Assembly: GCA_031431875.1 (NCBI GenBank) | Contig: JANPEF010000086.1 | Location: 1-15,542, forward strand | Direction: 5' to 3' | Source: Candidatus Eiseniibacteriota bacterium | Lineage (GTDB): Bacteria; Eisenbacteria; RBG-16-71-46; DASYSL01 | Length of the DNA stretch: 15,542 nt | Shown: in pieces, positions 8,770 through 15,542 of the stretch | Layout: every line of letters begins with the position of its first letter | Position numbering within the stretch: position 1 is the stretch's first letter | Notes under the pieces: model-generated | The model's input: the letters and a program-made list of their open reading frames with translations, nothing else | Database searches by the model: none | Told to the model about the DNA's origin: nothing | Made by a program: the position numbers and the translations under genes

Positions 8770-9675
8770 ATGAAATCGTCGCAGGGTCCCGCGCGCACAC
8801 CAGTCAGGGAGAAGCCGAAGGCCAAGGCCAGCACACGGTCGCGCGCCGGCAAGCCGGCGATCTCAACCCGCGTTTCCGGGCTCATCGACCAGCGGATCCT
8901 CGATCCAGGGGACTGGCGCGGGGAGACTCTCTCGCGCATGCGCACACTGATCCTGGAAGCCGTTCCCGGAGTGACCGAGGAGTGGAAGTGGAACATTCCG
9001 GTCTGGTCGCACGGCGGGATCCTCTGCACCGGGGAGTCGTACAAAAGGGTCGTGAAGCTCACGTTCGCCCGCGGGGCCAGCCTCCCGGACCCATCGCGGC
9101 TCTTCAACTCGAGCCTGGGAGGCAACACGCGGCGGGCGATCGACATCCCCGAAGGCGCGACAATCAACGCGCGCGCCTTCACCGCGCTCGTGAAGGCCGC
9201 GGTCGCCCACAATGGTGCCACGCCGAAGAAGGCCGAAGCGAAGGCCACGCCAGCCGCGAAGAAGGCCCCCGACCTCCTCGCAGGCGGCAACCCGCAGATC
9301 GCGAAGGCCGACGGCGACGCCCCGGTGAAGGCGTACATCGCCGCGATGCCGGGCTGGAAGCGCGACATCGGCAAGCGCCTCGACGCGCTCATCGTGCGGA
9401 CCGTTCCCGAAGTGCGCAAAGCCGTGAAGTGGAACTCACCGTTCTACGGCATCGAGGGCAAGGGTTGGTTCCTGTCGTTCCATGTCTTCACGCGCTACGT
9501 CAAGGTGACGTTCTTTGCCGGCACGGCGCTGCGACCCGTTCCGCTGGGCGCCACGCCGAAGAGCAAGGACGCGCGCTGGATCGACATCCGCGAGGGCGAC
9601 GAGCTCGACGAGGCGCAGATGGCGAAGTGGGTGAAACAGGCGGCCAGGCTGCCGGGCTGGGTCGCCGGGCGATAG
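8770..9675 (+). CDS. Tandem DUF1801 (YdhG-like) domain protein
   Basis: Two recognisable DUF1801-type domains (GDWRGETLSRMRTLI..EEWKW..PVWSHGG..VKLTFARGASLPDP and GGNPQIAKADGDAPV..VRKAVKWNSPFYG..VKVTFF), joined by a Lys/Ala-rich linker. Basic low-complexity N-terminus. Confidence 0.85.
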   Translation: MKSSQGPARTPVREKPKAKASTRSRAGKPAISTRVSGLIDQRILDPGDWRGETLSRMRTLILEAVPGVTEEWKWNIPVWSHGGILCTGESYKRVVKLTFARGASLPDPSRLFNSSLGGNTRRAIDIPEGATINARAFTALVKAAVAHNGATPKKAEAKATPAAKKAPDLLAGGNPQIAKADGDAPVKAYIAAMPGWKRDIGKRLDALIVRTVPEVRKAVKWNSPFYGIEGKGWFLSFHVFTRYVKVTFFAGTALRPVPLGATPKSKDARWIDIREGDELDEAQMAKWVKQAARLPGWVAGR

Positions 9676-9715
9676 TTCGGGCGGGCGCCGTCTTGCCGGC
9701 GGACCTCGCGCTCCC

Positions 9716-9765
9716 CAACTTGCTGCGCAGCAAGTAAACCACCCCGACCGCCTCGGGGGGCAGTT
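9716..9765. repeat. Dispersed two-hairpin repeat, copy 2 (between convergent genes)
   Basis: CAACTTGCTGCGCAGCAAGT (perfect 18-bp palindrome 9718-9735), spacer, then ACCGCCT-cggg-GGGCAGT. Aligns to copy 1 without gaps over 50 bp. Confidence 0.85.
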
Positions 9766-9768
9766 GCG

Positions 9769-12033
9769 TCACTCGCACACGCCGCGCATGACTTCCGCAA
9801 ATCGCGGATGCGTCCGCACGGGATCCCAGAACGGCATCCTGGGCGCCCACAGCACGAGCGGATCGCGCTCGGCAACGGCCTTCTCGGCCCAACGGATCGC
9901 CTCCTCGGCCAGCCCCGCGGATCCCGCCGACATCGCAAGCCAGGCCGGCGACACGAACTCGTGGCAGGACCGCGCCACCAGTTCGTTGTAGACCGCGCGC
10001 GCCTGGTCCGCGCGGCCGGCGCGACCGTACGTCCACGCAAGCAGGCCCAGAGCCCAGGGGTGTCGGCCCGAGACGGCGAACAGCGCGGGTGCCTCCAGGA
10101 TCGCGCGGTCGAAGCGGCCGGCCCACGCGTGGCCGCGCATCACGTTCCAGTGGGCATAGTACGAATCTGCGTCGAGGGCCAGCGATCGCTCGGCCTCGGC
10201 GAACGACTCCTCGTGTCTTCCGGCGACTCCCAGGAGTTGTGAATGCATGCCGCCCACCCAGGCATTCAGCGGATCGTCGTGCACGGCTCGGTTCGTCTCG
10301 GCCACGGCGTCCTCGATCGACATCGCGCCCCGGCACGCTCTCCACAACGCGCGCTGAGCGCGGGCCTGCGAGTGGCGTGGATCCAGCGTGAGCGCGCGCT
10401 CGTACAGCTCGTCGGAACGCGCGAAGTTGCGATTGTATTGTTCTTCAATCGCGGCCAGTGCCGTCCAGGCGTCGGCGAGTCCCGGATCGATCTCGAGCGC
10501 GCGCCCGGCCAGGGCCAGGGCCTTCGGCATGATCTCGGCGGGCGAAGCGGTGCCGAATACGCCGATCAGGCGGTACGAGTCCGCCAGCGAAGCCATGGCT
10601 TCGGCGTAGTTCGGATCGAGCGCGATCGCCTGCTCGAAGCACGCGATCGCCTGTGGCACGAAGCGTCCGCGCTTGATCTGGAATGCACGACCGCGCAGCA
10701 GCAACTCGTAGGCCTCGAGGTTCCTGGTCCCCCCGCGGGCGCGGCCTTCGTCCGCCTCCGCGGGCGCCATCGTTCCGCGCAGCCGCGTGGCGATCGCCTC
10801 TGCGATCTCGTCCTGGACCGCGAACACGTCGGTGATCTCGCGGTCATAGCGCTCCGACCAGAGCTGGTAGCCGTCGGCGGCATTCACCATCTGGACCGTG
10901 ATGCGCAGCCGCGAGCCCGAGCGGCGCACCGTGCCCTCGAGGACCGTTCCCACGTCGAGCTTCTCGCCCACCAGCCGCAGGTCCTCGCGCCGGCCCTTGA
11001 ATGCGAAGCACGACGTACGCGCGGCAACGCGCAAGCCCTTCACCTGCGCGAGCGCGTTCAGGATCTCGTCGGTGACGCCGTCGGCGAAATACTCGTCGTC
11101 GGGCCCACTCTGGTTCTCGAACGGCAACACGGCGATCGACTTCTCCCGCGCGGGGTCGGCCTTCGCGCCGCCCGCGGTGATCTCCTCCAGCTCGAGGCGC
11201 ACGTCGCGAATGTCGCGCGGACGCGCATCGGATTCCTTGCGCAAGCAGCGGCGCAGGATCTCCCGCACGCGCGGAGGCGCTCCCGCGGGAAGCGCCGACC
11301 AGTCCGGTTCGCGCTCGAGGATGCGCGCGATCAGATCCGACACGGTTTCGCCGGTGAAGGCCGGGCGCCCGGCAAGGCACTCGAACAGGACGCAGCCGAA
11401 CGACCACACGTCGCTGCGCCGGTCGACGGGCTTGCCGCGCGCCTGCTCGGGACTCATGTAGGCCGCGGTGCCGAGGATGGTGCCGGCGAGCGTCGCATCG
11501 GCGTTCACGGTCATCGTCGGCGAGTCGGAGGAAAGCCCGCCGGTCGGCGCGGATGTGTCGTTCTTGGCGAGCCCGAAGTCGAGCACCTTGGCGGTGCCGC
11601 GCGGCGTGATCATGACGTTGCCGGGCTTGAGGTCGCGGTGCACGACCCCGCGTTCGTGCGCGGCCTCAAGCGCCGCGGCGACCTGAACGCCGAGGCGCAG
11701 GGCTTCGGGCGGCGGCAGCGGCCCGCGCACCAGGTGCGCCGCGAGCGTCTCCCCCTCGACCAGTTCGAGGACGAGGTGCGGCGTGCCGGACGCCTCCTCG
11801 AGCCCGTAGATCGCCGCGATGTTCGGATGGTTCAGCGACGCAAGCGTCTGCGCCTCGCGCCGGAAGCGAGCCAGGCTCTCAGGATCGGCGGCGAACGCGG
11901 CGGGCAACGCCTTGATCGCCACGTCGCGTCTGAGCCGCGCATCGCGCGCGCGAAACACCTCGCCCATGCCGCCCGCGCCGAGCGGTCCGACGATTTCGTA
12001 GGGGCCGAGGCGGGTCCCGGGGGTGAGTGCCAT
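9769..12033 (-). CDS. Hanks-type Ser/Thr protein kinase with TolB-like domain and TPR repeats
   Basis: Motifs [29 protein letters not shown] and DVWSFG are intact. They are followed by [25 protein letters not shown] (TolB-like) and TPRs ([35 protein letters not shown]). Confidence 0.95.
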   Translation of the reverse strand: MALTPGTRLGPYEIVGPLGAGGMGEVFRARDARLRRDVAIKALPAAFAADPESLARFRREAQTLASLNHPNIAAIYGLEEASGTPHLVLELVEGETLAAHLVRGPLPPPEALRLGVQVAAALEAAHERGVVHRDLKPGNVMITPRGTAKVLDFGLAKNDTSAPTGGLSSDSPTMTVNADATLAGTILGTAAYMSPEQARGKPVDRRSDVWSFGCVLFECLAGRPAFTGETVSDLIARILEREPDWSALPAGAPPRVREILRRCLRKESDARPRDIRDVRLELEEITAGGAKADPAREKSIAVLPFENQSGPDDEYFADGVTDEILNALAQVKGLRVAARTSCFAFKGRREDLRLVGEKLDVGTVLEGTVRRSGSRLRITVQMVNAADGYQLWSERYDREITDVFAVQDEIAEAIATRLRGTMAPAEADEGRARGGTRNLEAYELLLRGRAFQIKRGRFVPQAIACFEQAIALDPNYAEAMASLADSYRLIGVFGTASPAEIMPKALALAGRALEIDPGLADAWTALAAIEEQYNRNFARSDELYERALTLDPRHSQARAQRALWRACRGAMSIEDAVAETNRAVHDDPLNAWVGGMHSQLLGVAGRHEESFAEAERSLALDADSYYAHWNVMRGHAWAGRFDRAILEAPALFAVSGRHPWALGLLAWTYGRAGRADQARAVYNELVARSCHEFVSPAWLAMSAGSAGLAEEAIRWAEKAVAERDPLVLWAPRMPFWDPVRTHPRFAEVMRGVCE

Positions 12034-12050
12034 GGAGGGAGGCTACATCA
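12034..12050 (-). promoter_or_regulatory. Putative -10 box for a leaderless kinase transcript
   Basis: The minus strand reads TGATG-TAGCCT-CCCTCC-ATG: a TAnnnT hexamer (12040-12045) 6 nt before the ATG, with no purine-rich Shine-Dalgarno. Confidence 0.5.
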
Positions 12051-12063
12051 TCGGGGTGCGCGC
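12034..12063 (+). repeat. 30-bp exact direct repeat, copy A (degenerate extension to ~12087)
   Basis: GGAGGGAGGCTACATCATCGGGGTGCGCGC, identical to 13520-13549. Begins at the base immediately adjacent to the kinase start codon. Confidence 0.95.
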
Positions 12064-12140
12064 GTGTGCCTGTCGGCCCGGAGGTCTAGGATGAGGGCGG
12101 TGCACCCTGATGGTCCACCGATTCTCCCGAGAGGTGACAC

Positions 12141-12767
12141 ATGAAGACACGTCTGACGAGCTGGATGATCGTTCTCGCCATCTCCCTGTCCGGCTGCAGC
12201 GGCTCGGCAACGACGCCCGCCGCCCGCACCGACCCCACGGCCGAACTGAAGATGGCGATGCGGAAACTCTGGGAAGAGCACATCACCTACACGCGGAACT
12301 ACATCATCAGCGCGGTCGCGGGCCTGGACGACACCGGTCCGGTCGCGGACCGCCTGCTGCGAAACCAGGACGACATCGGTGCGGCGATCAAGCCGTACTA
12401 CGGCGAAGATGCTGGGAACAAGCTGACCACCCTCCTGCGCGATCACATCCTGATCGCGGCCGCAGTCGTCACGGCCGCCAAGGCTGGCAATGCGGATAGT
12501 CTCGCCGCGAGCCAGGCGAAGTGGACGGCCAATGGCAAGGACATCGCGGCATTCCTGAGCGCGGCCAACCCGAACTGGTCCCAGGCAGAGATGGAGAGCA
12601 TGCTGCAGAAGCACCTGGACCTGACGACCGGGGAAGTCGTCGGCAGGCTCCAGAAGGACTGGGCCGCGGACATCCGCGCCTACGACGAGGGACACGAGCA
12701 CATGCTCATGTTCGCGGACGCCCTGACCGCGGGGATCGCGAAGCAGTTCCCCGACAAGTTCAAGTAA
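12141..12767 (+). CDS. Conserved hypothetical alpha-helical lipoprotein with spaced His residues (function unknown)
   Basis: GAGGTG RBS, lipobox-like LSGC after a hydrophobic stretch, and strongly GC3-biased codons. The motifs MRKLWEEHITYTRNYIIS, RLLRNQDDIG..IKPYYG, LLRDHILIA, MLQKHLDLT and HEHMLMFAD resemble, from memory, a widespread family with unreliable automatic names. Confidence 0.8.
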   Translation: MKTRLTSWMIVLAISLSGCSGSATTPAARTDPTAELKMAMRKLWEEHITYTRNYIISAVAGLDDTGPVADRLLRNQDDIGAAIKPYYGEDAGNKLTTLLRDHILIAAAVVTAAKAGNADSLAASQAKWTANGKDIAAFLSAANPNWSQAEMESMLQKHLDLTTGEVVGRLQKDWAADIRAYDEGHEHMLMFADALTAGIAKQFPDKFK

Positions 12768-12775
12768 GGCTCGCC

Positions 12776-12796
12776 GGGGGGGCCACAAGCCCCCCC
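12776..12796. other. Intercistronic GC stem-loop
   Basis: GGGGGGGC-cacaa-GCCCCCCC, an 8-bp perfect stem 8 nt after the lipoprotein stop codon. No U-tract, so not called a canonical terminator. Confidence 0.5.
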
Positions 12797-12829
12797 ACCG
12801 CCGAAACCCCCGACCCCAAGGAGCCCCCG

Positions 12830-13402
12830 ATGGCCGAAACCATTTCAATGATGCTGCCGCTGGGCACCGAACTTCCGCCGTTCACGCTGATCGACGCGGT
12901 GAGCAAGCGCGAGCTCCGCTCGCAGGACCTGCGCGGGCCGAAGGGCACGCTCGTGATGTTCATCTGCAACCACTGCCCGTTCGTCAAGCACGTGATGCCC
13001 GAGCTTGGTCGTCTCGCGCGCGACTACGCCGCGAAGGGAATCCGCATCGTGGCGATCAACTCGAACGACGAGGTCGCCCACCCGGAGGACGGGCCGTCCC
13101 ACATGAAGGAGCTGGCCGAGCAGGAGGGCTGGACCTTCCCCTTCCTCATGGACTCGACACAGCAGGTCGCCCAGGCGTTTCACGCCGCGTGCACTCCCGA
13201 CTTCTTCCTGTTCGATGCGAAGGGAAAGCTCGCCTACCGCGGCCGCCTCGACGAGACGCGCCCGGGCGCGGGCAAGGATCCGCATGGCGCGGACCTGCGC
13301 GGCGCGCTCGATTCGGTGATCGCGGGCACCGCACCGGCCGGCGAGCAGCATCCGAGCGTGGGCTGCAACATCAAGTGGAAGAACACGACGTCGCCGAGCT
13401 GA
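12830..13402 (+). CDS. Thioredoxin-fold / AhpC-TSA (peroxiredoxin-like) family protein, 190 aa
   Basis: ATG at 12830 with AAGGAG RBS. Motifs FICNHCPFV (CxxC), VAINSND..HPED, FPFLMDSTQQVA..AACTPDFFLFD..LAYRGRLD and PSVGCNIKWK. Confidence 0.92.
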   Translation: MAETISMMLPLGTELPPFTLIDAVSKRELRSQDLRGPKGTLVMFICNHCPFVKHVMPELGRLARDYAAKGIRIVAINSNDEVAHPEDGPSHMKELAEQEGWTFPFLMDSTQQVAQAFHAACTPDFFLFDAKGKLAYRGRLDETRPGAGKDPHGADLRGALDSVIAGTAPAGEQHPSVGCNIKWKNTTSPS

Positions 13403-13519
13403 TTCTGTGGGGCGGCCAGCTCGACGACGCGTTCAGGGTTGCCGTCGCAGGGGCCGCCGGTCGGGAAGCGGGAATTCGACGAAGGTCCACGCATAGGTCA
13501 CGACTCCACTCCGGACCCC

Positions 13520-13549
13520 GGAGGGAGGCTACATCATCGGGGTGCGCGC
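13520..13549 (+). repeat. 30-bp exact direct repeat, copy B (degenerate extension to ~13569)
   Basis: Identical to 12034-12063. The continuation TGTCCTGACGGCGGAGGGCT aligns with gaps to GTGTGCCTGTCGGCCCGGAGGTCT after copy A. Confidence 0.95.
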
Positions 13550-13576
13550 TGTCCTGACGGCGGAGGGCTGGTTCGC

Positions 13577-13618
13577 CAACTTGCTGCGCAGCAAGTTGCT
13601 CGAATCGACTGCCCCGGG
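13577..13618. repeat. Dispersed two-hairpin repeat, copy 3 (second hairpin incomplete)
   Basis: Perfect 22-bp palindrome CAACTTGCTGCGCAGCAAGTTG (13577-13598), followed by ctCGAATCGACTGCCCCGGG. This matches the copy 1 spacer (CGAATC) and the left arm of hairpin 2. Confidence 0.85.
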
Positions 13619-13775
13619 AACCCGAGGAAGCGTTCCGTTGACCGGGCCCCCGTCCTCGGTCGGCTGTCCCTGGTCCGTGAATTCGTGGGCGACCGTTGAT
13701 GCGGCGGCCGTTGTCGCCGTCAAGAAGCTGGCGGCGCTGTCCAGGATCGAGGGCGGGGAGGGGTGCAAGGAGGTC

Positions 13776-15542
13776 TCAACGTCCCCGCGCGAGCGCTCGC
13801 CCCAGTTCCGAGTCGGGCCTCGTGCCGAGTTCGGCTGCGATTGCCTCCGCTTCCGCCCGGGTGGAGTCTGCGACCTCCGCGTTCCCGTATGCCCGCTCGA
13901 GCTCCGCGCGCACACAGAGCATCCGGGCCAGTTCGTGGCGGGCCCCGAGCTCGCGCAGGATCGGCTCGGCAGCGGCGAGCGCGTCGCGGGCCTCCTCGTG
14001 CGATCCGCCGCCGAGCAGCAGGCCCGCAAGGCTGGCAAGGTCGGCACCCTCGTAGTGGCGGTCGCCGACCTCGCGGTGGATCGCGATCGCGCGCTCGTAC
14101 TGCACGCGCGCCTGCTCGGCCTCGCCCTGCTGCTCGTCGAGGCGCGCCAGGTTCCCGACGAGGATCCCCTCGACGCGACGATCACCGAGCTCGCGATGAA
14201 TGGCCAGCGACGACTCGAAGCGCGCGCGCGCCTCGTCCGCTTCTCCCATCTCGGCGTACAGCTCGCCGAGCGCCACCAGGGCGACTCCTTCGCCGCCCCG
14301 GGATCCGATCGCCCGCGCGATCGCAAGGGCAGCCTCGGTGTGCTCGCGCGCCTCCGGGATCCGCCCCTGGTCGGTTCGCAGGCTTCCCAGGTTGAGATGG
14401 GCGGTCCCCTGGGATCGACGGTTTCCCGACTCCCGGTGGATGGCGAGCGCCGCCTCGAAGTGGGCACTCGCGGCGTCGAAGCGTCCGTGCTTGTGCTCGA
14501 GAATGCCGAAGCTCACCCGGGTCACCGCTTCGAGGCGGCGATCGCCGATGTCTCGCGTGGTCGCGAGGGCCTCCTCGTAGGCGACGAGAGCCTCTTCGGT
14601 TCGCCCCAGCTCATGATGCATCATGCCCAGGCCGTTGAGCGCGGCGCACAGCGAGTGGCGGTCCCCCACCGCCCGCGCGGCTGCGAGAGCTGCCTCGAAC
14701 GACACCCCTGCTTCGTCGACGTTTCCGAGAACGAAATGGGCGCGCCCGAGGAACGTGCCGGCCCTCGCCTCGAGGTGTGCGTTCGCGAGTGCACGCGCGA
14801 TCGCCAGTGCCGCCTCGCAGTGAACGCGCACGTCCTCGTAGCGCCCGGCAAACCAATCCGCCTCCCCGAGACTGACCAGGACGAGCGCCCGGTCCGCACT
14901 TCGCAAACGCTTGTCCTCGAGAACCGCGTACCCCAGCTCGAGCGCCATGCCCAACGGCCCCCACGCCCTGAGCACGCGCCAGGCGGCGCGGTGAGTCGAC
15001 GCCGCGGTCCCACCGTCGCCGCGCGCGATGGCGCGCCGGCACGCAGGGATCAGGTTGTCCAGTTCGCGCTCGAGGCGGCGGCGCCTGGTCGCTCCGCCAT
15101 GGCGGTCGACGGCCTCGATCGCCTCGTCGCTGCCGTAGCCGGCATAGAATGCGCCGTGTCGCTCCTCGGCCTTGCGCTCGGCGGCTGCGTCGGAACTCAA
15201 CTTCGCTCGCGCGTACTCCTGCAGCGTCACGTACATGCCGAAGCGGACGTCCGGAACGGCATCGCCGGCCTCGGTGGACGGCAGCCACGTTCGCAGCAGG
15301 CTCTTGTCGATCAACGAGCGAACCACATCCACGACCGGCGGCGCCTCGGGCCATCCTTCCAGGTCGAGCACGCCGATTGCGGCCTCGAGTGTGCATCCCG
15401 CCTCGAACACCGCACACTGTGCCCAGGCCGCCCGCTCCCATGGACTCAGCAGCTCCCAGGACCCGGCGATCGCGACTTCGAGCGTCTCATGACGCGCGCC
15501 GGTGCCGCCGGCGAGCAGTCGGAACCGCTTGCGCATGCCCTC
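13776..15542 (-). CDS. TPR-repeat protein, C-terminal part of a predicted ATPase (STAND/NB-ARC-like, COG3903-type) regulator; 5' end outside the window
   Basis: The frame is open to the window edge. RFRLL..RHETLEVAIAGSWELLS..CAVFEAGCTLEAA..SLIDKSLL..RFGMYVTLQEYA resembles the region that follows the P-loop in these proteins. It is followed by ~40 aa TPRs (AxAHFEAALAIHRExGxRRxEG). Confidence 0.85.
   Translation of the reverse strand, partial: EGMRKRFRLLAGGTGARHETLEVAIAGSWELLSPWERAAWAQCAVFEAGCTLEAAIGVLDLEGWPEAPPVVDVVRSLIDKSLLRTWLPSTEAGDAVPDVRFGMYVTLQEYARAKLSSDAAAERKAEERHGAFYAGYGSDEAIEAVDRHGGATRRRRLERELDNLIPACRRAIARGDGGTAASTHRAAWRVLRAWGPLGMALELGYAVLEDKRLRSADRALVLVSLGEADWFAGRYEDVRVHCEAALAIARALANAHLEARAGTFLGRAHFVLGNVDEAGVSFEAALAAARAVGDRHSLCAALNGLGMMHHELGRTEEALVAYEEALATTRDIGDRRLEAVTRVSFGILEHKHGRFDAASAHFEAALAIHRESGNRRSQGTAHLNLGSLRTDQGRIPEAREHTEAALAIARAIGSRGGEGVALVALGELYAEMGEADEARARFESSLAIHRELGDRRVEGILVGNLARLDEQQGEAEQARVQYERAIAIHREVGDRHYEGADLASLAGLLLGGGSHEEARDALAAAEPILRELGARHELARMLCVRAELERAYGNAEVADSTRAEAEAIAAELGTRPDSELGRALARGR

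Noticed and set aside
10243..12144. 633-aa plus-strand ORF
   Set aside because: Antisense shadow of the well-supported kinase.
12521..12829. N-terminal extension of the thioredoxin-fold ORF
   Set aside because: Overlaps the lipoprotein gene out of frame. AAGGAG RBS and family start fit ATG 12830.
13408..13519. GGGG...CCCCA-bounded segment resembling a tRNA/tmRNA/SRP RNA
   Set aside because: Terminal pairing breaks after 4-5 bp; no cloverleaf, no properly placed T-loop, and no SRP GGAA/AGCAG motif.
8541..13618. Palindromic repeats as a CRISPR array or integron attC sites
   Set aside because: Copies are 1.2 and 3.9 kb apart, so not CRISPR. AAC...GTT ends 43 nt apart exist in copies 1 and 2, but there is no single long hairpin with complementary L boxes, flanking genes are in mixed orientation, and no integrase is present.

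Overview
GC-rich bacterial window with nine credible protein genes. The left half encodes three large, probably secreted repeat proteins: an NHL-repeat beta-propeller protein (5'-truncated), an autotransporter-passenger-like beta-helix protein, and a 14-repeat double beta-propeller. Each ends in a related ~85-95 aa FlgD-Ig/T9SS-like C-terminal domain, which suggests an FCB-related lineage such as Ca. Eisenbacteria (inference only). The other genes are a DinB-family protein, a tandem DUF1801 (YdhG-like) protein, a Hanks-type Ser/Thr kinase with TolB-like and TPR domains, a His/Met-bearing helical lipoprotein, a thioredoxin-fold/AhpC-TSA protein, and a 5'-truncated ATPase-associated TPR protein. 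The most notable signals are non-coding. (1) A ~50 bp two-hairpin repeat with the palindromic core CAACTTGCTGCGCAGCAAGTTG occurs three times in the same orientation (8541, 9716, 13577), always between genes, with a compensatory base-pair change in its second hairpin. (2) An exact 30 bp direct repeat (12034-12063 and 13520-13549) brackets the lipoprotein + thioredoxin pair. Its first copy abuts the kinase ATG and carries a likely leaderless -10 box. No rRNA, tRNA, CRISPR array, transposase or integrase was recognised.
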